From NCBI GenBank assembly GCA_020891255.1, contig BQFW01000009.1, positions 1,364,001 through 1,428,000 of the forward strand: a DNA stretch of 64,000 nt, written 5' to 3'. This document shows positions 45,199 through 56,349 of the stretch, piece after piece. Position numbers and translations under genes: made by a program. The first letter of the stretch is position 1; each line of letters opens with the position of its first letter. The notes beneath the pieces were generated by a model, which saw only the letters and a list, made by a program, of their open reading frames with translations, was not told the origin of the DNA and searched no databases. Source of the stretch: Entomortierella parvispora E1425 (taxonomy: Eukaryota; Fungi; Mortierellomycota).

Positions 45199-46053
45199 AT
45201 GAACACAGCCGTCGCCGCCTGGAAGCCCCTTGGAGCGTCGACTCTTCGTCACGCCACCACCTCGACTTCCTCCTCGGCTGCATGGAGATCAACCGCCTCC
45301 GCGATCCGATCCACCACCCCCCGATTCCATTACTCGTCCTCTGCATGCACAAACAGCGTCCGCAAGACGCTCTATGGCACCAATCATCAGACCAGACTCG
45401 CTGCCATCCACCCTTCTTCTTCCCTCTCCACTGCCCGTCTTTACACCAACAGCAGTCGATTCGCACCTGTGATCCGCCGCGGCTTTGCCGATAACGCTGC
45501 CCAAAAGTCCTCTTCAGTCGGCAAGGAGGCTGCTGCTACTGCAGTCACCAAGAAGTCGAACGGCATGATGGACAAGTTCAAGCAGATGGTGAAGCAATAC
45601 GGCTACACTGGAGTTGCGGTCTATCTTGGTATCTCGTGCATCGATCTCGCAGCGACATTTGTAGTGGTCAAGGCCATGGGCATGGACAAGATCGCAGTAG
45701 CACAGGATTGGGTCTTGGAGAACTGGGGACCCTATGTCGGTTACAAGCCCAAGACTGCAGAGGAGAAGGCCGCCGCCGCCGCCAAGTCGGAGGCCGAGAA
45801 GTTGGACAAAGTCGACGATGAGCAAGTAGGCGCGATCTATAACCATGCATCAGGATTGTGGAGCGTGTTTGTGATTGCCTATGGTATTCACAAGCTTTTG
45901 GTGCCATTGAGAGTCGTGGCCACTGGTGCCATTACGCCTCCATTGGTCAAGTGGTTGGTCAAGAAGGGCTGGATCAAGGAGGTGCCCAAGAAGGCTGCTG
46001 CTGTTGCTGCTGGATCCACAACTGCCGCCGCCGCTGCCGCCACCAAGCCATGA
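45199..46053 (+). CDS. FAM210/DUF1279-family mitochondrial membrane protein (284 aa)
   Basis: Long Arg/Ser presequence, KFKQMVKQYGYTGVAVYLGISCIDL, AYGIHKLLVPLRVVATGAITPPLVKWL. Confidence 0.85.
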   Translation: MNTAVAAWKPLGASTLRHATTSTSSSAAWRSTASAIRSTTPRFHYSSSACTNSVRKTLYGTNHQTRLAAIHPSSSLSTARLYTNSSRFAPVIRRGFADNAAQKSSSVGKEAAATAVTKKSNGMMDKFKQMVKQYGYTGVAVYLGISCIDLAATFVVVKAMGMDKIAVAQDWVLENWGPYVGYKPKTAEEKAAAAAKSEAEKLDKVDDEQVGAIYNHASGLWSVFVIAYGIHKLLVPLRVVATGAITPPLVKWLVKKGWIKEVPKKAAAVAAGSTTAAAAAATKP

Positions 46054-46313
46054 GAGGAGCCGCGAGACAGAAAGGTGAAAGATGAATAAACAAACCACAA
46101 GCATTCTAGACAACCCGTTGCCTCCATTTTGCCGCTTGTGTAGTTTCTTTCACCAAGGAGGAGAGCAGAACAATCTTCGATTTGCCACCGTTGATCTTAA
46201 AAAGGAGGCTCAATTGCCCCCCCTTCCATTCTCTTAAACAACCTTTCACTGCTACCTGAAAACATCCTGCACCCAGTAGCTCTTTTCTCTGTAGCTTTTT
46301 CTCCTTCTCCACA

Positions 46314-48143
46314 ATGGACCAATCGAGCAATAATGGAGCGATGCTGCCGCATGCTTGGACAGGAGACTACGATGATGGATTCCCTCCAACACTGCTGGCC
46401 CAGCTGAAGATGTGCGCCGCATCCAACGCTATACGAGAAAAACCGCTTTGGTGGCAAAAGTTCAAGGATCCAGTTATTGCCGCGAAGTGGGAGCAGGAAA
46501 TCTTGGACAGGGACGAGTCCAGAGTCAAGAAGACCCGAAACAGCACTGCCAATGAGGACAACGTTCAGGCCCAGGGTATGGGCTTGGACAGTCACGAAGA
46601 AGACAATAGCGACGGCGGAGACAATGTCGAACTTTCCAGTCAGCATGAGGACGATGATGAAGGGGCAGATGAGGAGGAAGGCGAAGACAGAGTTGTAGCT
46701 CACCACACCAAGCTTAAAAAGGAGCATCTCAGATTTGTATTCCAGGAGCTGGAATGGTATGCCGATCAGAGGCAACAGCAGGTGGACCAGGGTGTGGAGG
46801 GCCAATTGAGCGCGCCATCGACGGAACTCGTAGATCCGATGGCCTAGTGCCTGCGGAGCTCAAGCAGCGATTGATGTCTTGTGTTCAAAAGCTAGTGGAC
46901 GTCCCTGAGCACCTCAAGGACTGGCATCCGGGATCCAACAAGCAAGTTTTGGATCTCGTCCACCCGTCTCTCTTCCCAGCCGTCGTTGGCGAAACCCGAA
47001 TCACGACTGAGCCCGCGATTCCTGCACTCGAATGCATTGGCAAGGGTACGGTTCTCAGATCTGAAGACTTGCCGCCTGTGGCTGAATCAAGGAGATACGA
47101 AAAGTTCTTCTCAAAGAAGTACCAATGGCTCCCCACAGACTTCTCGGTCTCCAGCGAAGGCAAGGTCAAGATCATGTCTTATATCAACAATCTCCACCCT
47201 GTCGAGCACGCCGACATGTACCCAGTCTTGGAAGAGATTTTTGAAAAGTTCCTACCAATGTTTGAGGAGGTCCTGGCCGAGATGCAAGGGCTCATGAACA
47301 AGCCGCAGAGATTGAATGTCGATGACGGATGGTATGAGACTCCAAAGGATCTCATCAATGTACCATTCAGGCAACAGGATAGAGATTACCAGACACGTGA
47401 AAAAGAGTGGTACCGGACACGAGTCCCCAAGCCCGCGGATATCCCAGATACTTTTGTCGCGCAGCCTGCTCTGGAGCCTTACAACCTCAAGACGGACAAT
47501 CCGTTGCAGGTTATTGTCAAGTTGGCCAACATCGAGCTGACGCCTGAGAACCCGATCTACAGCGGAGGATCGTGGCATGTAGAAGGCATGATGAACGAGA
47601 ACATTGTGGCATCCGGGATCTACTACTACCACTCTGAGAATGTGACGGACACTCGTCTCAACTTTCGAATCACTGTAGTAGAACCCGATTATGAGCAAGG
47701 TGATGCCCGAGGATGCAGAATTATGTATGGTCTCGAGGATGAAGAGGCATTGAGTCAACCGCTGGATGGGATCGTGACAAAGCAGGATCGATGCATTGTC
47801 TTTCCCAATATCTATCAGCATCAAGTCCAACCGTTTGAACTCGTGGACAAGACTCGACCGGGAACACGACAGATCTTGGTGTTTTTCCTTGTCAACCCCG
47901 AATGCAAGGTTTTGTCGACCACAAATGTCCCACCTCTGGGCCGTGTCTGCGGGTTTGATGGATGAGGTGGCCAGTCGATTGCCTCCTGAACTTTTGAAGG
48001 AGGTGAACGACTTTTTGGATTGGCCCATGACCCTCGAGACAGCAAAGAAGCACCGAGAAGAGTTGATGAAGGAACGAAAGTACTTTGTGGATGTCACGAA
48101 CAAGGACATCTTTGAGCGACCCTTCAGTCTTTGCGAACATTGA
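46314..48143 (+). pseudogene. DUF4246-family gene with two frameshifts (about 46800 and 47936)
   Basis: Three overlapping frames carry consecutive family motifs: IREKPLWWQK / DWHPGSNKQVLDLVHPS, QWLPTDF, YINNLHP, LQVIVKLANIELTPENP.YSGGSWHVEGM, FPNIYQHQVQPF / RLPPEL..EELMKERK..FERPFSLCEH. No room for introns at the junctions. Confidence 0.8.
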
Positions 48144-48254
48144 TATCCTCTGTTGCAATAAAAACAAGCGTTCGCCTTTTTATTTCCTTTTTTTTCCTTC
48201 TTTTTTCTGTTTGCTGCCAGTGATCCCGATCTGTTCAGTTCAAGCATGGATACC

Positions 48255-50999
48255 TCACAACTGCACAGGAGCGTTAACAGGTGGTGCTGGTGGTGCTTGG
48301 AAACCCATAGCCCAAAACCGTCCAATGATATACAAGATAGTCTCTTGTTCATTGTTGACGATGGCCTCTGTGCAATAGGGCGTGGTCCTCCTTCGATTGT
48401 ATTTTAGATTTCGAACCAATCCAGATTCCTCCACGGCCTTTGAATAGTGGGCGAGCATACCGTCGCTCAATGTCAGAAAGGCCTTCCTCAGGCGTGGCAT
48501 GCAGCTAATATTCAAGAGCCAGCTTTGGATAGCGCTGACTTGGGTCAATTGCTCTCGGAAGGACTCGAGGTTGGGAAACGTCTTCGAGAAGACTTCAGAT
48601 CTTAAACTATCCTCCATGATCCAAGTGCCCTGCAAAGAGAGGCGAATGATCGATGGCGCGGCTATAAATGTTGGGCCGCCGTTGGTATTGTTGTTGCTGC
48701 TGCTGCTGTCATTGCTGTCACTGCTTGAACCATTACTTTCGCTATCGGAGGGAGAAGAAGAAGAAGAGGTAGGTGAAGCACTTGCTGGGAGGATAAAGTC
48801 CTGGACAGCGAGGATGCGTTTGCGATTGCCTGCAGTTCCAATGTTGAGTTCCATATGTTGGAGGACAGGGCAGCCCACCAGCATCCGAAACTCAAACATG
48901 AATGCAATGACTCCGTCGAGGCGCAAGTGAACGAGACGACGGAGATTCCAATCCCATGTCCAAATGGGTCGTCGTGGTGCGGTCACAAAGTGATGGTTGT
49001 CCTCACTCGAATCGATATGTCCCAGTGGGTAACCAGTAGCTGCCTCTGCCTGTGTAAACTCCTGTGAAGTGTCCAACTGATACAATACAGAAGCCGTCAA
49101 TTCATCATCAGACGGAATATGGTAGTTAATTGCACCACTCATGATCGTCAGTCGAAGCGAGCGAAGATTCGGCGTATGACGTAGCGTGTCAGGATGAAAA
49201 GACAAAGAAGACCAGCCGTCAAGATTAAGATAGGTCAGCTTTGGCAGGGTCTTTGCAGCTGGCAGACAAAGCTGGAGGTCCTGAATATCCTGAGGTCTCG
49301 AGAGTCCCGGTGAATTGTCCAAAAGTTCCAGTCTCTCCAACTGTTGGCCCACAACGTCGCCGTAAAAGTCTGGATCTGGCAAGAGTCGAAGTCTGTGGAC
49401 AGATAAACGGAACCGTTGTAGCCGAGGTAGGTTCCAGCCTCTTCCGAAGCAAAACTTGGTCGTATTATCAGTGTTAAGGATAAGTCTGGGCAGGGAGCTG
49501 AAATCGATCAAAGTCAAGGTCTCCCCAAAAGCTTGCGCGATATGATGCAGTTCATCCTTGAACATGGTGAGGGTGGTCAGGACGACGGTTTTCAATGGAA
49601 CCAAATGTGGGAGCCTCTGCGCCGTAGCCGCTGACGATGATGATGACACCAAACGTTCTTCCTCGAGATCAGCCTTTTCCTTGATAGCCCATTGAAACGA
49701 GCCAGGTCCCGCTGTCTCCATGCAGAGATTCTCCAAGGATCGACATCGGCTCAGAAACGTCGGGTCGCTCTCGTTCAGCTTTGAAGCTGCAATTCGATCC
49801 AAGTTCACCAAATGCACATCCTTCACTAAGCTTAGGTCAATCAACTTGATTTTGCTCGCGATTCGTCTCCAGTTGGATTCATCGATCGACCTAGGCTGTA
49901 CTATCAGCGGGAGAGCGTCCTTCAGCCCGTGTAATGCGAGCTGAGGGCAACGGGCAGGCATTGGCCAGGAGTGATCATCAATGCAATCCGCATTTTTGAG
50001 CTGACCTGGAAAAAGCTCTGCATGCCTTGTAACAAACTCAGTCATGAATTTGAATTGTCGATTCCGCTTACGCCTTGCACGGTTCAACTCGTTCATTAAT
50101 GCAGGAGTCAATTGTGGTATTGGGGCACCGCCACGAACGTACGGCTCCAAAAGCATATCCACCTTGAAGACAACAGTTGTCAGGGAACGAAACCGGTCAA
50201 CAACGGCCAGGTACCGCTCTACATCTGAAAGCGGCAACACGATCTCTTGAATCTGCTCGAAAACTGGAGAAGTAAGCGTCCAAGTCAGATCTCGACGAAG
50301 CGATGACGCCAAAGCTGCGTACCGGAGGGCCTCCCATGATGCTGGGCCTGCGATAGCACTTGTAGGGAATAAAAGAGCCTGGTCCATGACACCGTCGCCG
50401 TATTGGTTTCCTGCGAGTACAAAGTCTTTTTCTTGATTTCCACCGTCCGTCTGTTCGCCCTTCCAGACCACAGCTTCTAGATCTTCCGCATCCACGTCTT
50501 CGGGAGTTCTCTTTGATCTCAATGCCAAGTGGGCCAGTCGACGTGGGTAAAAGGTTTTCCAGTTGATAGGGATTCCGTGGAGGCGTGCATAGCAGTCTGG
50601 CTCAAAATTGAAGTGGCGAATGAATGAGAGATAGTCTATCTTGCTCGCTTGCGGCATATCATGTGCAGCCTGATCCTCGCCAGGAGAGGTAGTGTCGTTG
50701 ACTTCGGGTGAACCGGTCTGTTCAGGGAAAACGTCGTACGCGGCAGAAAGTAGTTCGCTCACTTGAGATCTTGGCTGCTGTCGAAGAAGGGTCTGTATGA
50801 CTGCGTGCTGCTCCAAATGGCCCCAGGAACGGTTTTGGATGTTGACAGAAAAGACAGAGCCGTAGAGGACAGGAAGGGTGGCCGAGCAAAAGAATCTGTT
50901 GACCTGGAGCAGTCGTGCCAATGTAGACCTGTCACCATGTTCATGCATGTACCAAAGGACAACCTCGAGGCATTCCAGAGGAAGGGATGACAGCGACAT
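48255..50999 (-). CDS. F-box/LRR-like protein, Mortierellaceae-type expanded family (914 aa), intronless
   Basis: N-terminal MSLSSLPLECLEVVL...LLQVNRFF...LY F-box-like motif, IDYLSFIRHF, LSRCRSLENL, WTWDWNLRRL..L.L.G..A..FEFRML.GCP.L. Confidence 0.82.
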   Translation of the reverse strand: MSLSSLPLECLEVVLWYMHEHGDRSTLARLLQVNRFFCSATLPVLYGSVFSVNIQNRSWGHLEQHAVIQTLLRQQPRSQVSELLSAAYDVFPEQTGSPEVNDTTSPGEDQAAHDMPQASKIDYLSFIRHFNFEPDCYARLHGIPINWKTFYPRRLAHLALRSKRTPEDVDAEDLEAVVWKGEQTDGGNQEKDFVLAGNQYGDGVMDQALLFPTSAIAGPASWEALRYAALASSLRRDLTWTLTSPVFEQIQEIVLPLSDVERYLAVVDRFRSLTTVVFKVDMLLEPYVRGGAPIPQLTPALMNELNRARRKRNRQFKFMTEFVTRHAELFPGQLKNADCIDDHSWPMPARCPQLALHGLKDALPLIVQPRSIDESNWRRIASKIKLIDLSLVKDVHLVNLDRIAASKLNESDPTFLSRCRSLENLCMETAGPGSFQWAIKEKADLEEERLVSSSSSAATAQRLPHLVPLKTVVLTTLTMFKDELHHIAQAFGETLTLIDFSSLPRLILNTDNTTKFCFGRGWNLPRLQRFRLSVHRLRLLPDPDFYGDVVGQQLERLELLDNSPGLSRPQDIQDLQLCLPAAKTLPKLTYLNLDGWSSLSFHPDTLRHTPNLRSLRLTIMSGAINYHIPSDDELTASVLYQLDTSQEFTQAEAATGYPLGHIDSSEDNHHFVTAPRRPIWTWDWNLRRLVHLRLDGVIAFMFEFRMLVGCPVLQHMELNIGTAGNRKRILAVQDFILPASASPTSSSSSPSDSESNGSSSDSNDSSSSNNNTNGGPTFIAAPSIIRLSLQGTWIMEDSLRSEVFSKTFPNLESFREQLTQVSAIQSWLLNISCMPRLRKAFLTLSDGMLAHYSKAVEESGLVRNLKYNRRRTTPYCTEAIVNNEQETILYIIGRFWAMGFQAPPAPPVNAPVQL

Positions 51000-51337
51000 G
51001 GGGGACGCAGGGTTGGATGGAATGGAATGTGTTGGAGAGGGATGAATGGCCAAACAGGACGGGCTTGTTGGAAAAAGAAAGAGTGCGGCAGTGCACCGAC
51101 GGAGACACGCGACGTGGGCTGTTGTGCCTGTGATCAGACCTCAGAGGAAAGAGCGTGGAGCACTGCCTGTCCCAGCCTCTCTCTGGCATCGGTTTCTCTA
51201 GGCAAAGTCATTGCCTCATTGCAGACTCACCCTTCTCAGAACCAGCCTCAAGACACAGCTCTCCTCATATTCAATGCTCGCGAATTTTATTCCTTCAGTT
51301 CAAACAAAAAAAAAAAAAAAGGAAACCAACCTCAAGC

Positions 51338-53780
51338 TCAGTTGGAGCCAACCCAAATAACTTCATCATCAAGCTCTTGTTCAAGCGTTGTAAGCCCTGT
51401 GAATATTTCCCGTAAGATCGCTTCTCTCTGTTCTTCATCGATAATCCACTCGCCACAGAGGGTTATACTTTGAATAGAAGACGCCACAATGAGTTTTTGC
51501 TTGCTATCGTTGCCCTGGTCATTGGGTGATGAGTCTGGATGGATGAAATCCTGTAACGTCAGAGTGCGGTGATGCTGATCCACATCAGATGCGCTCATAT
51601 TGAGCTCCATGAAGCTGAGCGAAGGACATCCTGCAAGCATTTGGAACTGGAACAGATATGCAAATATCCCATCGAGGCGCAAAAAGTCAAGACGAGGTAA
51701 ATACCAGTCCCAGGTCCAAAGCGACCGTCGTTGATCAATTGAAGGAAAACTGTGATGGAAATCACGACTACCATGGTTGTCATCATCCTTCCTGTTTGCG
51801 GTGGCGGCAGGCGAATCGGTCTCATAGAGTAATGAGGAGTCGGATTCTTCCACATAAAGCCAATACCAGGAGGCCAGCTCAAGAACTGTTAAATTCGGCA
51901 CTTGATGCAACGTATCTGGATGGAAAGTCAAGGCGGGCCATCCAGTACGGGCGATCTTCGTACATGCTGGTATAGCTTGTACTGCCGGCCGACAGATGTA
52001 TAAGTCCATATTGCTCTCAAACGGTTCCGAGGATTGATCTGTCAATTCTAACCGCTCCAGTGTATTACCAAGGCAATTAGTATAAAAATCGGGGTCCACC
52101 ATGAGGCCTGAGCTTGGAGCGTGGATAGACAGTATCGAAATCGTGGGCAGCTTCCAGTATTTTCCTAGTCGGAATTCGGAAAGAGCTTCTGGTGCTGCCG
52201 TTGCTGCTCCAAATTGATTTCGTGGGATGCATGAGAACACAAGACTGGTCAAAGTCTCTCCGAAGGCCATCCCAATGTCATTCAAGTCGTCTGTACTCCA
52301 ACCGATCAAAACGACATTCCGTAATGATAGAAGCGGTCGTAACGGAAGTGATTTCAAAATAGGATCGTTGGCCACGATAGTGCGCTCATTCAGTGAGCGG
52401 TCCCAGGCTACTTTTTCGTCAACTGCCCAACGGAAAGATCCTGATCCAAGAGACCTCATATTAAACTTTTCCAAGGATCGGCAGCGGCTCCAAAAATTAG
52501 GGTCATTTTTGAGAAAAACCATGGGGGCATCTTTGGTTGCTGGACAGGAGAGTACTATGCTCTTGACAGACCCTAGATCCGATTCCTTGATGTTGTTGGC
52601 TACTCGCTTCCAATTTGAGGGATCAATGAATTTGGGTCGGGCCAGGGGAGAAAGCGCTGAATCCAAATCTTCTTTGATATCGTCGGGGTAAAAAGGTAAC
52701 CCCCTGTCGGCGCTGAGGTATACATTCTGGAGTTGGTTGGGGAAGAGGCGGCCATGGCTTTGAACAAAGGCGATCATTGTCCTGTATTGTTGATGCTGCT
52801 TTTGTTTGCATTTCTCAAGTTCTTCCAATTCTGCATTTGACCTACTGATGCTTGGAAAGGTGGATTCCAGCAGTTCCAGCAGTTCATCCTTGATAAAAGT
52901 TACTGTCGTAAGAGATTGGAACCGGCTCACGATCTCCAGATACCGATCCAGGTCGGAGAGGGGGAGACTGAGTTCTTGAATCTGCTCCAAGACTGGAAGT
53001 GAAAGTGTCCAAGAAAGATCCCTCCGTAAAGTCCGAGCCAAGGCGCTGTATCGGGCCATACTCTTCCATGGCTCTCTATTGTCCAGCAGCATTTCTGGGG
53101 GGAACATGAGCTGCTCATCATGAGCCCCTGACCCATACGTATTCCCTGCAATGGTGAACGTGTTGCGGCTGTCGACAGTCTCATAAAGACATGATGTTTC
53201 TGCAGAATTCATCTTGCCTGGAGCCTTTTCTTTGCAGGAAAAGGCGTACTGTGCCAACCAGCTCGGGTAGTTCGTCCTCTTATTTGGGATGAGTAGACGC
53301 GGCAAATATGACCGCTTCAAAACTGAACGCTTGAATATATGACAGGTAGTCAATGGTGCTCGGCTTATCCACGTTCCTTGAAGAAGACACTGCGGTCACC
53401 TCGTTATTTTCCCTACATGTATCACTGTTTTCGTCGCCGTTTATGCTTGTCGATTGCTGCGGTAGGCCTTTGTCGTTCGATTGAGGATCAATTGTTACTT
53501 CTGAAAAGACATCAAAGGCTGCAGCGAGCAATTCAGAGACTTGCTCCCGGGGCCTTTGTCGGAGAAGTGTCTGAATGATGGTGACCGCGCTTGGATGGAC
53601 CAGAGAACCGTACACAGGGCGGAGTTGTGTCAAGACCCGACCATAGAGAAAGGGCAAGGATGCTCTGCAGAAATAAGAGTTGACTTGAATCAGGCGGCAG
53701 AGAGACACTTTGTCATCTCGGTTGCACAAAACATTGAGAATGAGATTGAGACATTCCGGCGGGAGAGAAGAGAGTGTCAT
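51338..53780 (-). pseudogene. Tandem paralog of the 48255-50999 F-box/LRR gene, frameshift near 53312, C-terminus appears truncated
   Basis: MTLSSLPPECLNLIL..IDYLSYIQAFSFE in one frame. Similarity to the neighbour (IP.N..T.YP..LA; TLRRDLSWTLSLPVLEQIQEL; WTWDWYLPRL) resumes in another frame. Confidence 0.75.
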
Positions 53781-53997
53781 TCTTGAAGTGAAAAGGATGG
53801 CAACGAGAAAGGATGATGGGCGAAGGATGACGGATGAAGGATGAAGGATGAAGGATGAAGAATGAAGTAGAGCGCGTCAGAATTAGTGGTGCCCACGTTT
53901 GGACCCTGCTCCTTCTGCAGTCCTTTTCAAGTCTTTCATAAAAACAGTTGTAAAACGAACATGACACAAGGTGCTAATTGCTTTTTTTTATGATCTT

Positions 53998-56349
53998 CTA
54001 ACGACGACCGAATCCTGGTACCGACTCCGGAGCAGACGAAAACTTGGCCATAAAGCTCATAGACGCAGCCCGGATCAGCTCTTGCCATTCTGCGGGTGAC
54101 AAGCGACCGCGTTCCTGCTGTTCTTGTCGTTGCTGTTGCTGGTATCTCTGGTCGCGATCTTGTTGGTATTGTTGCTGGTATCGACTCTGATGCTGTTGCT
54201 GCTGCTGCTGATGGTGATGATGGTGAGATTGCGGCTGCTGTCCATACTGCCGACTCTGGCGCTTGACCTTGGCGTATTCCTCGCCAGCCATTTTTTCCAG
54301 AGTCTCTTGGACAAAGTGCTCCCGTTCCTTGATCCCATCTCGGAAGCGTTGGCCAATCCTTTGATCTGAATACCAGCCCACAAGCCGGGTCGCTCCTGTG
54401 GACACGTACGAGAACGCAAACATGCACGAGATAAGCGACAGACAGACCACGGAGGCGATGATAAACTCAAAGACCGATTTGGTCAGTCCTCGCACAGACG
54501 GAATCTTAAGTGCAGGAAGAATCGGCGTAGATGTTGCCGGCGTCGACGCGGTTTCGGTCCGTAGTGGGGATGAAGATGATGAGCAAGAAGAATAGGCGTG
54601 GGATGCTTGATGGTTGGGTTCGTCATAGTCCTCAAGCTCATCAAAGTTGTTCACACTGGCGCGGTATGAACGACGTTTGCGAGACTTTTCTTCCGCTGTT
54701 GAAGAAGCTGAGGCCGAGGTCGCAGGCTTCTTACTGTCACGGTCACGTTGAGAGGAAGAGGATGATGGTCTGGCTTTCGCTGTGATGCGTTGCTGGCGTT
54801 GCTTGAAGTTTGCTGGCTCTTGAGGCTGTTCTTCACTGTACTGGGCTCGACGACGACTCGACTGCTTTGGTTGTCTTGGCTGATCTTGCTGCGATGGTGA
54901 ATCCGGTCGGTACAAGGATGGATTCTCTAGTAGATCTTCATACTCGTATTCATCTTGGCTTTGGCTCGAAGACGACATAGAATAGTTCGAGAACGATGAA
55001 AGGGGACGGTCATGGACGTTCGCCTCTTGCTGGTTTCGAAAGTCGCCAAAGGAGTCTTGACTACTGCTATTAAACGATCGTTCACTGTGAAGATCGCTTT
55101 CGATGTCTTCCTTCTCGACTTGCTCTTGGCCAATGAGCAAGTATTCTGAGAGAGACGAGGATGAGGATGAAGTTGTGGTCGCCAGGGGTTCGGTCGAGAT
55201 GATGATAGAGGGTCGCAACACAGAATCTAAAGAGGGACGGTGGTCGAGAGATGATAAGAGCAGAGAAAGAGAATTGGAATTAGGCACTTCGTTCGTTCTA
55301 GTTGGACACATGGGATCGCGTTGTTGACGTCGATGGCGGGATAGTCTTCCTATTCTTGGTCCGTGCCATATCCTACCTTTCTCTTTCGCGTCCTCGAGTC
55401 TGCCACTTGACGGAGATTTGCTTCCAGTCATCGGCGTCGTTGTCGTGGCTGTCAGCGACGCCGAAAAAGGAAGGGATGGCAGGGTAGTGTTGCTATCGTC
55501 AGGGACGGAGGAATGAAGTCGGTGGTCCATCTTGTTTTCTCCGCCAAGATCCTTTACTGCTTCCCCTTCCCCTTCCCTTTCTTTCTCTCTCGAGATATTA
55601 TGATAATCACTTGCTACGGTCGACGTAAAGAGGGACGAGGATACTGCTTCTGTTGTTCCTGTTTTTGTTGTTGTTGTTGTTGTTGTCGTTGTTGTTGCTG
55701 TTGTCGTTGTCGCTTTGGCGTTCATTTCTGCGCCTGCAGATGCAGCGGATGAAATATGGACATCTGAACCTTCCCCCTCATTCTCCGTATTGTTGTTATC
55801 GCTCCTGGAGTTGAGGCTGCCTTGGTGCTGATTAATGTTGGGGTGGAGCATGATCGCTTCCTGTGCTGGGGATGAGGGCACAGGGAGAGGCAATGCATTG
55901 GCCATAAAAGAGGGGTTGGTGCAAGAGTGGGTCGTGCTTGAGCTGCTGCTGATATTGTTATTGTTTGCTCCCTCGTGCTTTTCACCCGCAGGCTCACGCA
56001 TTTTGCAGCTGATAATGGCTGGAGAAGACATGATGCTCGTTTCAAACTCTTGCTGGAAATCTTGACTGGGATGGTCCATGCTCTCCAAAGTTTTGGTAGT
56101 AGGGGGGTCTGGCTGGGAATATGGGGTCGACAGAGACAAGAACTCATCGTTCACGTTCATTTTACTAACCAATTTGCCAGCGATTGTTAAATGTTGAGCG
56201 TGGTGAGCATTGCCCTCAGAAGTAGCAAGGGTATTTGTGCCAAGAGCCAAACTGTCGTGGGTGTCACTTTGAGAAACAACAGAGTCCTGGGGGGCCAGGT
56301 TATGGGCAAGGGCTACAGTCGTCGTAGAGTCTGCTGAAGGGGTATCCAT
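53998..56349 (-). CDS. Hypothetical low-complexity protein with one TM segment and Gln-rich C-terminus (783 aa)
   Basis: Intronless ATG ORF with hydrophobic VFEFIIASVVCLSLISCMFAFSYV segment. Confidence 0.75.
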   Translation of the reverse strand: MDTPSADSTTTVALAHNLAPQDSVVSQSDTHDSLALGTNTLATSEGNAHHAQHLTIAGKLVSKMNVNDEFLSLSTPYSQPDPPTTKTLESMDHPSQDFQQEFETSIMSSPAIISCKMREPAGEKHEGANNNNISSSSSTTHSCTNPSFMANALPLPVPSSPAQEAIMLHPNINQHQGSLNSRSDNNNTENEGEGSDVHISSAASAGAEMNAKATTTTATTTTTTTTTTKTGTTEAVSSSLFTSTVASDYHNISREKEREGEGEAVKDLGGENKMDHRLHSSVPDDSNTTLPSLPFSASLTATTTTPMTGSKSPSSGRLEDAKEKGRIWHGPRIGRLSRHRRQQRDPMCPTRTNEVPNSNSLSLLLSSLDHRPSLDSVLRPSIIISTEPLATTTSSSSSSLSEYLLIGQEQVEKEDIESDLHSERSFNSSSQDSFGDFRNQQEANVHDRPLSSFSNYSMSSSSQSQDEYEYEDLLENPSLYRPDSPSQQDQPRQPKQSSRRRAQYSEEQPQEPANFKQRQQRITAKARPSSSSSQRDRDSKKPATSASASSTAEEKSRKRRSYRASVNNFDELEDYDEPNHQASHAYSSCSSSSSPLRTETASTPATSTPILPALKIPSVRGLTKSVFEFIIASVVCLSLISCMFAFSYVSTGATRLVGWYSDQRIGQRFRDGIKEREHFVQETLEKMAGEEYAKVKRQSRQYGQQPQSHHHHHQQQQQQHQSRYQQQYQQDRDQRYQQQQRQEQQERGRLSPAEWQELIRAASMSFMAKFSSAPESVPGFGRR

